Assembly (NCBI RefSeq): GCF_016433145.1
Contig: NC_058130.1
Coordinates: 780,366,911 to 780,427,167 of the forward strand
Direction of reading: 5' to 3'
Length of the DNA stretch: 60,257 nucleotides
DNA from: Gracilinanus agilis
Taxonomy: Eukaryota
Below are positions 12,290 to 23,746 of the stretch, piece by piece. Both the position numbers and the translations under genes were made by a program. Positions within the stretch are counted from its first letter, which is position 1. Every line of letters begins with the position of its first letter. The notes below the pieces were generated by a model, which was given only the letters and a program-made list of their open reading frames with translations, made no database searches and had not been told where the DNA came from.

Positions 12290-13580
12290 TTTTTTTTAAA
12301 CCCTTAACTTCTGTGTATTGGTTCCTTGGTGGAAGAGTGGTAAGGGTGGGCAATGGGGGTCAAGTGACTTGCCCAGGGTCACACAGCTGGAAGTGTCTGA
12401 GGCCGGATTTGAACCTAGGACCTCCCGTCTCTAGGCTTAGCTCTCAATCCACTGAGCTACCCAGCTGCCCCCTGGTGCTGCTTGCTTTTGGTGTGCTTAC
12501 CATCTTGCTTGGATTTCAGGATGCCAGTGAGTCTTTTTTTTTTTAATTTTTTTTGTTTTTGTTTTTTTGTTTTAAACCCTCACCTTCCATCTTAGAATCA
12601 ATACTGTGTATTGGCTCCAAGGCAGAAGAGTGGTAAGGGTGGGCAATGGGGTTAAGTGACTTGCCCAGGATCACACAGCTGGGAAGTATCTGAAGTCAAA
12701 TTTGAACCCAGGACCTCCTGTTCCTAGGCCTGACTCTCCATCCACTGAGCTACCCAGCTGCCCCCACAGTGAGTCTCTTAATGTATTCCGCCACAGATTC
12801 CTCTCTGATATCTTTGTGCTCTGTGTCTTTCCTGGAGGAGAGCAACGTCATTTTCGGCACTGCCTTCTTCCACTGGTTTAAAGTGACCTCCAGATTCAAG
12901 CGTGAGCCTTTAGCCTATCTTTCCTGGGAATGTGTCGAGCATTTCACACGCATTGAGTCTAAATGCTATTTATGTTAAAAAAAAAACCTTTGCCTTCTAT
13001 CTTAAAATCAATACTAAGGAAATAGCTGGGTGGCTCAGTGGATGGAGAGTCAAGCCTAGAGACGGGAGGTCCTGGGTTCAAATCTGACCTCAGACACTTC
13101 CCAGCTGTGTGACCCTGGGCAAGTCACTTCACCCCCATTGCCTAGCCCTCACCACTCTTCTGCCTTGGAACCAATACACAATATTGATTCCAAGAGGGAA
13201 GGGAAGGGTTGAAAAAAGAAAAAAAATCAATACTAAGTATAGGTTCCAAGGCGGATGAGTGGCAGTAGAGATTAAGTGACTTGTCCAGGGTCACACAGCT
13301 AGGAAACCTAATTTGAACCTAGGACCTTCCATCTCCAAGTCCCGCGCCCTATCCACTGAGCCATCCAATTGCCTCTGGCACCATTTTTTTAAATCTTTAC
13401 CTTCTCTCTTAGAATCCCTGCTAGGATGGGTTTCAAGGCAGAAGAGTGGTCAGGGCTAGGCAATGGGCACTAAGTAACTTGCTCAGCATTACACAGCTAG
13501 GAAGAGTCTCAGGCTAGATTTGAACCCAGGAGCTCCTGACTCTAGGCCTGGCGCTCTACCCACTGAGCTACCTCGTGCCC
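12290..13580. mobile_element. Cluster of about five marsupial SINE copies in both orientations
   Basis: Repeated motifs 'gtgacttgcccagggtcacacagct' and 'gaacccaggacctcc'. Further copies lie at ~17260-17450, 24270-24400, 36000-36160, 45655-45960, 52300-52500 and 53800-54070. Confidence 0.8.
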
Positions 13581-14049
13581 CTCTAAATGATATTTTGAGA
13601 TCTTTGGAGACAAATTTGGCCAGATGAAAGGCCTGACGAGTTTGTTTTCACTGAAGTCCCCCAGTTGTGATACTGTCTGGAAACATCGAACGAATTCTAA
13701 AATGCTTTGATTCTGCCCTTCGGTTTGGAAGTTCAGCTCCGTTATTCCTGGAGGAGACGATGGTGGAGTTGGAGCACGTGTGAGGCCCAGCCCTCTCTCC
13801 GGCACAGTTCCAGGGCTAACCCCGAGGGGGCCTGGCTGTCACTCTCCCTCTTAGCTCAGAGCCCCAGCAGCTGCCTCCATCAGCACAGCCCCCATCATTA
13901 GGGGCCCTGGTTCCCCTCCCACTTCCACTTAGCCGCCTCTCTCACCGATTAGCTTTTGTAAGGAAATAGTGACTTCAAAGCTATAACAAGGCTACTGTAA
14001 GGATACAGATTATCAGCATCGTTGCTACTGTCCAGTCGTTTCCAACCTG

Positions 14050-14640
14050 GGCAACTCTTTGTGACCCCATTCGGGGTTTTCTTAACAAAGTTACTGGAGA
14101 GGCTTGCCATTTCCTTCTCCAGCCCATTTTACAGATGAGGAAACTGAGGCCAACAGGGTGAAGTGACTTGCCCAGGGTCACACCACTAGTAAACATCTAA
14201 CTCTTCATGACCCTCATTTAGAGTTGTCTTGGCAAAGTTACTGGAGAGGCTTGCCATTTCCTTCTCCAGCCCATTTTACAAATGAGGAAACTGAGGCCAA
14301 CAGGGTGAAGTGACTTGCCCAGGGTCACACCACTAGTAAACATCTAACTCTTCATGACCCCATTTAGAGTTGTCTTGGCAAAGTTACTGGAGAGGCTTGC
14401 CATTTCCTTCTCCAGCCCATTTTATAGATGAAGAAATAGAGGCAAAGGTAAGTGACTTGCCCAGGGTCACACCACCAGTAAACATCTAACTCTTCATGTC
14501 CCCATTTAAAGTTGTCTTGGCAAAGTTACTGAGTGGTTTGCCATTTCCTTCTCCAGATCATTTTACAGATGAAGAAACCAGGACAAACAAGGTTAAATGA
14601 CTTGCCCAGGGTCACGGTGCTAGTAAATGTCTGAGGCTGG
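14050..14640. repeat. Tandem array of four ~146-bp MIR-derived units
   Basis: The anchor CAAAGTTACT recurs at 14086, 14233, 14379 and 14521 (periods 147, 146, 142). The unit contains the MIR core 'ttttacagatgaggaaactgaggc...gtgacttgcccagggtcacac'. Confidence 0.9.
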
Positions 14641-14759
14641 ATTTAGACTCATGTCTTCCTGACTCCAGGTCTGGCACTGTGTCCACTACACCACGCAGCT
14701 GCCCTCTTGTCATCATCACCCCCCTACATAGTGTTAGCACTGTCTGAGATAGCAATGAC

Positions 14760-16180
14760 AACAAAAACATATGGAAGGGACAGGCGTAGCTGGTAAGAAT
14801 GCAAAGCTTATGGCTCTTTGCAGATGATGTGGTGGTTTACTTAGCGAATTAGAAAGTCAACCACAAAAAATTCAAATTGAAACAATAAACAACTTCCCCC
14901 AATCACAGGCCCCCAAGTCAGCTCCCCCAAATCAGGGCATTTCTATTTATGACTAACAAAACCCAGCAGGGAGAGAGAGAAAGAGAAATTCCATTGAGAA
15001 TAACTGCCGGCAGTACCAAATACTTGGGAATCCATCTTCCTGCCAAGACACAAACAGAAAAGAACTCTCTGAATGCAATTAAAAAACACTTTTCCTCCCA
15101 AATAAAGTCAGATCCCAACGGCTGGAGAGTTCTCTCTATTTAAAAAAAAAAAAAAAAAAAAAAAAAGACTTGGGGGTAGCTGGGTAGCTCAGTGGATTGA
15201 GAGCCAGGCCTAGAGAGGGGAGGTCCTAGGTTCAAATCTGACCTCAGCCACTTCCCAGCTGTGTGATCCTGGGCAAGTCACTTGACCCCCATGGCCTACG
15301 CTTTCCACTCTTCTGCCTTGGAGCCAATATATAGTATTGACTCCAAGATGGAAGGTGAGGGTTTAAATAAATAAAAAAAGACTTTGCTGGGCTATTTTTA
15401 TTTGTTAGGGTTTTTACTCATTTCAAAATGCTTTTGTAAAAAATGCCTAACACATCTCTGGCACTGCGGAGTTGAATTGGGTTTAGTAAAGACTAGAAAT
15501 CCTTTTCTTTTTTCCCAGGACCGATTGGGAGGTCAGCTAAAGAGTGGGAAGAGTTCACAGGCCTCCTCACTATAAATGCTCTCAAACTCCAACACAACAA
15601 GAAAGTCCATATAATGGAATTGGCTTGAAGATTCTCTTCTTTCCATTTTAATGCAGAGGGTATCCCACTCTATAAACTCTGATACAGTATATAATGAATC
15701 AGAACCCCAGACTTAGCTCATAATGCTACAAAGTTATAAAGCTCTTTTACAGTTTCTTTATCTTCAAGATTACTTAGTATCTGAAGTATCAAAATGATGA
15801 AGTCGTTTGGTAAGAGGACTGAACTTTTAGTATTGTAGCTACAAACAATTGAAGAAATTAATTGCTCATGGGTAGGCTGAGCCAATATAATAAAAATGTC
15901 AATACTACCAAAATTAATTTACTTATTCAATATTATATCAAAGGACCAAAGGACCACTTTATAGAGCTAAAAGATAACAAAATTTGCTTGAAGGACTAAA
16001 AGGTCAAGAATATCAAGGGAACCAATAAAAAAGTGGGAAGGAAGACCTGGCAATACCAGATTTTAAACCATACTACAAAACTGTTATTATCAAAACAATT
16101 TGATACTGTGAGAAGAAATAGAGAGGCTGGTCAGTAAAACAGATTACGTCCACAGCGTATAGAATTGATTTTTTTTGCCA
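14760..16180 (+). mobile_element. Degenerate L1 ORF2 fragment, interrupted by a SINE and an unexplained insert
   Basis: LFADDVVVYL (L1 YADD-like RT motif) at ~14815-14845, with L1-like A-rich sequence resuming at ~15845. Confidence 0.75.
15172..15372 (+). mobile_element. Full-length marsupial CORE-type SINE with TSD
   Basis: Same SINE family, with TSD AAAAAAAGACTT at 15160-15171 and 15373-15384. Confidence 0.85.
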
Positions 16181-16199
16181 GTCTAATAAACTCAACATT

Positions 16200-16745
16200 T
16201 TTTAAAATTGTCTTTTTTTTTTTACCAATTACATGTAATAACAAATTTCCACATAAGTTTTCCAAAGTTATATGATCCAAATTGTGTTTCTCCCTTCCTC
16301 TTTCCTCCATCACAGAGCTAGCAAACAATTCAGTCTGGGTTATACTTATATTATCATGCAAAACAAATTTCCATATTGTTCATTTTTGTAAATGAATAAT
16401 ATTGTAAAATCAAAACCCCAAAACATATGCCCAACTAAGTGAAAAATCATATATATTCAGCTGCATTCCAGCTCCCACAGTTCTTTCTCTGGAGGTGGAG
16501 AGCATCTTTCTCCTAAGTCCCTCAGAGTTGTCCTGGGTCATTGCGATGCTGCTAGTAGAGAAGTCAGTTACATTTGATCCTGCTACAATGTATCCGTCTC
16601 TGTACAACATTCTCCTGGTTCTGTTTGTTTCACTCTGCATCAGTTCAGGTAGGTCTCTCCAGGTCTTTCTGAAATCATCCTGTTCAGCATTCCTTATAGC
16701 ACTACAGTATCCCATCACTATCATATACCACAATTTGTTTAAACT
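16200..16745 (-). mobile_element. L1 3' end (ORF2 tail and 3' UTR), antisense
   Basis: The minus strand reads like L1 ORF2 C-terminus (YCSAIRN..QDDFRKTWRDL.ELMQSE..RTRR), and there is a poly(T) on the plus strand at ~16212. Confidence 0.8.
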
Positions 16746-16984
16746 GTCACACCCAGAAACGAGCCCAGTCCTTTAGAAGAGGTGTGATGATGGTCAAATA
16801 TAGTGGGACCCTTGCTTCCTTCTGCGTGGAACCTATGACCTTCCTAATGCCACCTAACATGGCCTGAGCTTTGTGGGCTGCCCCCTCATACCAGTGACTT
16901 ACATGGGTGGAGTTTTCAGTTCCCTAAAATTCCTAGATAGTGTCCAGACCCATTTGCCACCCCTGCCTTCTTCTTATACTTGTG

Positions 16985-17215
16985 GCATTGATTTTTTGAA
17001 CCCAAGTGCAAATTTGACATTTATCCCTACTGAATTTCATCTATGAGACTCAGTCCAATCAAAATCTTTTTGAGATCTGGCTCTGAAATCCAGGGTTCAC
17101 TATCACTCTTCTCCACACAGTGTCATCTTGGATTTGTTTGGTATTACATCCATCTCTGCTTTCCTGCAAGTTGCTGATCAAAATGTGAAATGGACCAGTG
17201 GGGGGTGGGGCGGGG
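16985..17215. mobile_element. CR1/L3 LINE fragment (others at ~17560-17620, 53270-53700 and 56030-56110)
   Basis: CR1-like phrases 'acatttatccctactgaatttcatc', 'gtgtcatct', 'cccagagctgaacacggtact' and 'cttatcaaatcatttgctaaaatctag'. Confidence 0.6.
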
Positions 17216-18199
17216 GTGCTCCTCTGGGAAGTTCCTGCCCCATAGAAATATAGACATATGTAAACCCCTATCTTCTGTCTTAGATTGCTGTGTATTGGTT
17301 CCGAGGCAAAAGAGCAGTTAGGGCTAGTCAAAGAGGGTTAAGTGACTTGCCCAGGGTCACACAGTTGGGAAGTGTCTGAGACCATATTCGAACCCAGGGC
17401 TTTCCACCTCCAGGTTTGGCTCTCTATCCACAGAGTTGCCTAGCTGTCCTGCTACATGGATATGGAACCATTACCAGCTATCCCCCCACCCCCCCGCCCC
17501 CCACCCCCCGATCTAGCCAATCCACCAATCCAAAGTGGCCCACATGACTCCGCTTTCTCCACAAGGATCATCAGAGACATCTTATCAAATCATTTGCTAA
17601 AATCTAGGTAAATGACGTGACCGGCACATTAGTAAACAGGTTAGAAAAGGAAGCAAGTGTCCATTTCCCTCCAGGCTAGTTAATGCCATTAGGCAATTAA
17701 AGGGGGCAAGGAGGTGGTAAAGTCTTAAAGGAAATGCCATGAAGCTGGCATCCTGCCATCTTCTCCCAACAATGGAGAACCAGGCGCCCCTTCCCTCCCA
17801 TGGTCAACTCACCTGCAGATTCTCCCAGAACTGAACGCTTGTGGGATAGGAGAGAAGCCAGACTCCCCATCTTGGCCTTGCCCTTACCCCTGCCCCATTC
17901 CCAGACTGCCCAGCTAGACCCGTTCTCTCTCTTTCAGATCCAGAACAGAGAGCTCAGCCCTGATGGGAGAGGCAGGGCCGCCTCCTGGCTTCTTCCAACC
18001 CCAGCCCAAGGACCTCAGATGCCCGCTAGGTCTCACCTGCTCCCCTGGGCTCTGCCTCCTTATCTTCCTTCTCCATGAAGAATGAACACTTCCCGCACAT
18101 GGGGTCCTGAGCTCAGGAGCCCCAGGAGATGAGGGGCTGCTCTATTGTCTTCAGCTCTTTCCTCCCCTGGGTAGGTCAAAATGGCCTCCCTTCACCCTG

Positions 18200-19150
18200 T
18201 CTCTGGCACCCATGGCTTTGCTTCTTTCCCCAGCCCAGACTCTCCCCGAGCTCTTCCCCCATCACTGCCATTTTTCTCTCCCTAGGGCCCTGCTTTGGCT
18301 CTCCTTTCTTCCTGGCCCTCCTCTACCTTCTTCTCTGGCTCAGGCTTTGCTTCTGCCTCTGCCACTCTCCGCTCCAAGCCTCTGCTTCCCCCTCCTCCTT
18401 TGGCCTGCCCTCACCCATCCTCCCCTTTCTGTATCTCTTCCCTCTGTTTCCATCTCCTCCCATTCCTGTTCTCCTTCTATCTCACCTGTTCTGGAGCTCC
18501 TTCCTGGTCCCCCTCTCCATCTCCGCCTCTGCCTCCCATCACCACCCTGCCATCCCCTTATCTCCTGTTTCTCCCACTCTGCCTCTTTATCCCTCTCTCC
18601 TATTTCCCATCACATTCACCTTCTCCCTTATTCTGTCCCCATCTCACTGCCCATTTCGTCTCTTTCCCCTTTCCTTGTTGCCCTCTACCTCTCCTTCCCA
18701 TGTTCCCATTTCTTTTTCCATCTGTCTGTATCTCTTCTTCCTCTTTCCCTCCCTCCTCCTCTTTTTCTTTTCCTTTCTCTCTCCCTCTTTCTTTCCAATC
18801 CCCTTTTTCTCTGTTTCTCTGACTCTGACTCTCTCCCTTCTTCCCATTTCGTTTCCTTCTCTATTTACTCTTTCTCCCTGGCTTTTCCTTTCATCCTCAG
18901 CTTTCTCTGTTCTCTCTCTTCTCTCCTCTCTGCCTCACTTTCTTCTGTCTCCTCTTTCTCTTTTCTCTCCTCTTTTCTGTTTCCTTCTCTTTCTCATCCT
19001 CATTTCCCATCTTCCTCCCTGTCTCTTGTCTTTTCCCATCTCTCTGCAGGCCTCTCTGTCTCTCCCATTCCCATCTCCATGCCTCAACCTCCCCCATTTC
19101 TTTCTGTCTCTTCTTGTCTCCCCGTCTGCCTCTGCAGCCCCCTCTCCCCT
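18200..19150. repeat. ~1-kb CT-rich pyrimidine tract
   Basis: Direct inspection. It is the source of the long Leu/Ser/Pro ORFs 18129-19409 and 18212-19192. Confidence 0.85.
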
Positions 19151-22100
19151 CCTGGGCCAGGCCAGGCCAGGCCAGGCCCACTTGGCTATTAGTTGCTCTT
19201 GGGATTGCTTTCTTTCATCACCTGGTCCTTTTCACTGGAGAAAATGGCTTGGTAATGCTTCTTTTATCACAGAATTAGGGGATTTAGGGCCCAGATCTGA
19301 CAAAGGGACTTTCGATAGGAGCTGGGAATCAAGCATCAATCAGCCCCACATCTCCGGGGCCTGGGAGCAGAGAGGGAAATCGAGGGATTATGAATGTCCT
19401 GTTTACTGAGCCTCCCGCCTGATAGCATCTCGGGCCGCTCTGTCTGAGAAAAGAAGCCAAATCCAGAAAGGAGAGGCTGGGCCCAGAACAATGTAGGGCT
19501 GCGGGCAAGGAGGAAGGCAGCTCGAGATTGGGCCTATTGGGGAAAGAGATTCAAAAGCCATTAGAGAGGCTTAACACCAAGGTTAATCTGCTTTGGCCGT
19601 TCATTTGTCAAAAGTGAATTTATAGGTTTGGAAAAATCCTGCCTTTGGGGACAGGGCCTCGAGGACCCCTCCCTAGCATCCTCCCTGCCCCCACAGCCTG
19701 GCGTCCAGCACCCATGACCCCTTGCTTGGTCTTGACGTAGGCCCCCACCCTCTGTCCACATCAACCTCCTATTTCTTTCCTCGTCCCCCTGCCACTCTCC
19801 CTCCCAAATTCCCGGCCTTCTCAGTCCCGGCCTCCCTTTGTTCCCAGTGTCCCTCCCGTTCTGTCTCTAGGGCTGGGGGACCTGGGCTTTGCCCCAGAGT
19901 GGCCATTTCGGAGGGAGCTTCCGCTGCTTCATTATCAAGAACCATTTGTTAATTAGGAAGCACCCAGGGGTGATGAGGGTCCCCCTCTGTGACTTCCCAG
20001 CTCCCCAGTACTCCTGGGCTCAGCACAGTTCCTATTTCTCACCCCGCCGGGGACGTGGCTTGGGATTCCTAGAGATGACCGTCGGTCATCTTTCAGGGTC
20101 CACTACCTGCCCTGGCTCCGTCCAGCTGGATTTCTCCCTCTACCCCGCTCCCAGGCTCCCTACTGGGGGAGCTCCTTCCTCCTCATGGCCTCTGTCCCTC
20201 CCAGCCTCTTCAGTCTGCCCATCCCGTCCAACCCTCTTCCCCGTCCCTTCAATCCATCCATCCTGGTGGTGAGCCAAGACCCAAACCAGGGCTCCAGAGC
20301 CAGCCCCTTCCCAAGGAGCGGCTGCCCGTCTTAGCTGGTCCTGGGGGGCCAGTCACATTGTCTCTGGGTCTAGGCTTGAAGGCTTCCCAGCCGGGCAGGC
20401 TCTTCAGGCCTTTTGCTTCCCCGGCAGCCCCATCCACAGCTGGATATCACGTCCGTGCCAAGGGGCAGGGCTGGTATGAGAGGACGACTCGGTGGTTCTG
20501 GTGAGATTCAGACATTCACTAGCTGGACGATCACTTAACTTCTATTTGCCTCTGTTTCCTCATTTGTAAAATGGGGATAAGCAACTCCCTCCCAGGGTGG
20601 TTGAGGTAACATCTGTCATGGGTTTTAAATGCTAGCTGCTATTATTATTATTATTATAATAATAAATGGGCATCCCAACCTCCTTCCTCTCCACCTTCTC
20701 CAGGATGCTGACGTCCCTTCTAAGGTGGGCCATTCAGACGCCGAGGGCAGAGGAACTCCACTCCCCCTCTTCCTGGGCAAGACTCTCCTGGAACCCAGGA
20801 TCCCATTTGCTTCTTGTTGGGTTTGAGGTCTACTAAGACCTCGAGGTCTTTTTCAGACAAATCACCACCTCATCACGCCTCCTCCATCTTGTCCTGGAGA
20901 AGCTGAAATATTGAAACAATGCACAGCGCTTTACGGTAAGAATGAGCTCAAAGCGCCCTTAGGCTTTGACTGGCTTTATTAGTACATCCAAGTCCAGGAA
21001 CTGAAGAAGGCAGCGAGAAGACTGAACTTGCCTTCTGGCTTCTTTGTGCCTTTTCCTAAGAGGACAGACAAGGGGCCCTGAAACCCAGAGCCCAACGGAG
21101 GCTGGTTAATCAGGCTCTAAGACACCAGTCACGGAGAGGGTTCTTTCAGCCTTCGACGGGAAGGTAGGAAGGCCCAGGGAACACTCCACGTACATTAGAG
21201 ACTCACGGCCCTACCGTCAGGTGTCGAGTCCAAAGAAATGATCAGTGGGTTGGTCAACAAGCACGTATTAGGCGCCTCCTACTTGCAGGCTCTGTTCTAA
21301 GAGCTGGGAATATGAGGAAAGGCAAAAGCCCCCCAGGAGCTCTCAGGGGAGACACATGAATGAAGGAATGAAGCAATGAATGAAGGAATGAATGAGGGAA
21401 GGAAGGAGGCAAGCTTGTCTAAGGCTGTGAGTCCCCTTAAATGAGGGACGGAGAAGGCTCAGCTTTTCTTCCCACCTCCACCATCTCCCCTCTTGGACCC
21501 TCACGGAGACTGTCCAGGAGCTTTGAGAATAGACATGCCCCTCGGACCAGCTTCCAGCCAAGCCCCACAACCATCAACCAGGGGCCCCTGGCAGAGGGCC
21601 CCCCCCAGCCCTCAGGCATCCCCCGGGGAGGTCATTTCTCTGGAGAAGGGGCCAGCCATCCCACCAACCATCAACTCCCCCCCACACACACACACACTGG
21701 ACAGGCAAGCCAGGCACCTGAGGGAGAGGTTGGAGGCAACATCTCCAGATGTTTGCACCAACAGCCCCCCCATGCCTGAAATGCCCTCCCTCCTCACCCC
21801 TGCTTCAAAGAATCCATCAGGAGGCAGCCTAAGTGCCATGTCCTTCCTCTAGCGCCCCCCCCCCCCCCCCCGCTGGAGCTTGGCCTCCCTCCCTTTCTCC
21901 CTCCCTCCCAAACCGGCCTTTACCCACTCTGTGGAACCTCCCTGTGGTCTCCCCCCTTAGCAGATGGTCCAATAGGGGTCATTTCCTGGAGCCCCCAGCA
22001 TGGCCTCTTGTCAGCCGACCAATGAAATGTTGGACAAAATTCACTGGATCGGAGTTCTCTTGGGGGAGCCTTTCTCGCCTGCTTGGCTTCTCTGCGTGGG

Positions 22101-23050
22101 ATGAGCAGCTGCTTGGAGTGTCTCCCTTCGCATTCAGGCTTTTTCTAGTTTGCCCCTCGGACACAGGACGTCAGCACTGGAGGGATTCGGCCCGTGAGAC
22201 GTCAGCGCTGGGAGGGCTCTTACTCATCGCTGACCGGTCACTCGTCCAACAGCACCTGGGCCCCAAGACAGGACCCCGAGCCCCCAAGAACTCAGATCAG
22301 TGTGGATGGAAAAGACAGGTGTAGACTGTGGACTAGTTACAAACAACTATCAAATTATAAAATATATTTTTCTATAAATGTTTTGTTTATAAAAATGAAT
22401 GAACTGGATTGAATACAATTCAGATTTGGGGGTGGCGGGTGAGGGAGGGTGGGAGCAGCTCCTGTTGGAGTCCATGGAGTCTCTGTGGGCAGACTAATGC
22501 ACACCCTTCCTTGCCTGCCTGGCCAGAACCCCTAAAGGATGGACCTGGAAGGGTGCTTAGGGATCGCCTCCTCCAACCTCTCCATCCTAGACAGACAACA
22601 AAGGCCCAGGGGAGCCTCAAAAGGCCTTGGAACCCGGAGAGCAGGGGCCAGGAGGGACCTCCAAGATAATGCAATTCAACGTTCTCGTTTTCCCAAAGAG
22701 GAAACAAAGACAGGCAGCCCATGATGGAAGGGGGAGAGAGCTAGATTTTCAGTCGGGAGCCTCAAGGGCACTTCCATGAAGACAAGGAGCAATAAGGTGG
22801 GTGAACGGCTGCACCAGAGCCTCCGCTCCTCATCTGAGCAATGGGGGTGATCAGCACCAGCCCGACAGCCATCCCAGGGTGACGGTGAGGCGAGCCCCTC
22901 CTGAGCCCTGCCGTGGCTGCCACCACCACCTCCTCTGCTGCCTCCTCCTCCTAGGAGGGCTTCACAAACGTTTAGTGGGTTCCTGATTGATTGACCATCA
23001 CAAACAACGGCTGCATGATCTTTGGATGAATCTCTTCCCCTCCCTCCCCC

Positions 23051-23440
23051 NNNNNNNNNNNNNNNNNNNNNNNNNNNNNNNNNNNNNNNNNNNNNNNNNN
23101 NNNNNNNNNNNNNNNNNNNNNNNNNNNNNNNNNNNNNNNNNNNNNNNNNNNNNNNNNNNNNNNNNNNNNNNNNNNNNNNNNNNNNNNNNNNNNNNNNNNN
23201 NNNNNNNNNNNNNNNNNNNNNNNNNNNNNNNNNNNNNNNNNNNNNNNNNNNNNNNNNNNNNNNNNNNNNNNNNNNNNNNNNNNNNNNNNNNNNNNNNNNN
23301 NNNNNNNNNNNNNNNNNNNNNNNNNNNNNNNNNNNNNNNNNNNNNNNNNNNNNNNNNNNNNNNNNNNNNNNNNNNNNNNNNNNNNNNNNNNNNNNNNNNN
23401 NNNNNNNNNNNNNNNNNNNNNNNNNNNNNNNNNNNNNNNN
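23051..23440. other. Assembly gap in the presumed 3' UTR region of the THADA-like gene
   Basis: Run of N; it blocks a confident assignment of the poly(A) site. Confidence 1.
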
Positions 23441-23746
23441 NCCCTCTCCCCCTCCCACCCTCTCCCCTTCCCTCCCTTGGTCTCAGTTTTCTCTTCTGTA
23501 AAATGAGGGGATTGGATCAGCCAGTTTCTGAAGTCCCCTCCAGTGCTCACGGGGAGCCCAGGGCCCTCTGGGGCTCCCCAAAGACTGATCTGAGTCGCTC
23601 GTGGGTGGCTGTAGGGGGAGATGTCCATCAGAGCAGGAGGAGTTCCCCCTGAATGGAGGAGGGGCCAGGGAAAGGGCTCTGTCTGTCCCACACCGTCACC
23701 GGACACCCTCGGGGACCCCTCGGGCCACCGAAGTCCTGCAGAAAAG

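Noticed and set aside
14050-14640. CRISPR-like regularly spaced repeats
   Set aside because: There are no unique spacers, the unit is MIR-derived and the context is vertebrate.
18129-19409. 426-aa and 326-aa hydrophobic ORFs resembling membrane proteins
   Set aside because: They are translations of a CT-rich low-complexity tract. The same applies to the ORFs at 1397-2184, 5890-6650, 11347-12299 and 43067-44237.
21833-22324. 163-aa plus-strand ORF as the last exon of another gene
   Set aside because: No recognisable homology, and no upstream plus-strand exons or promoter could be linked to it.
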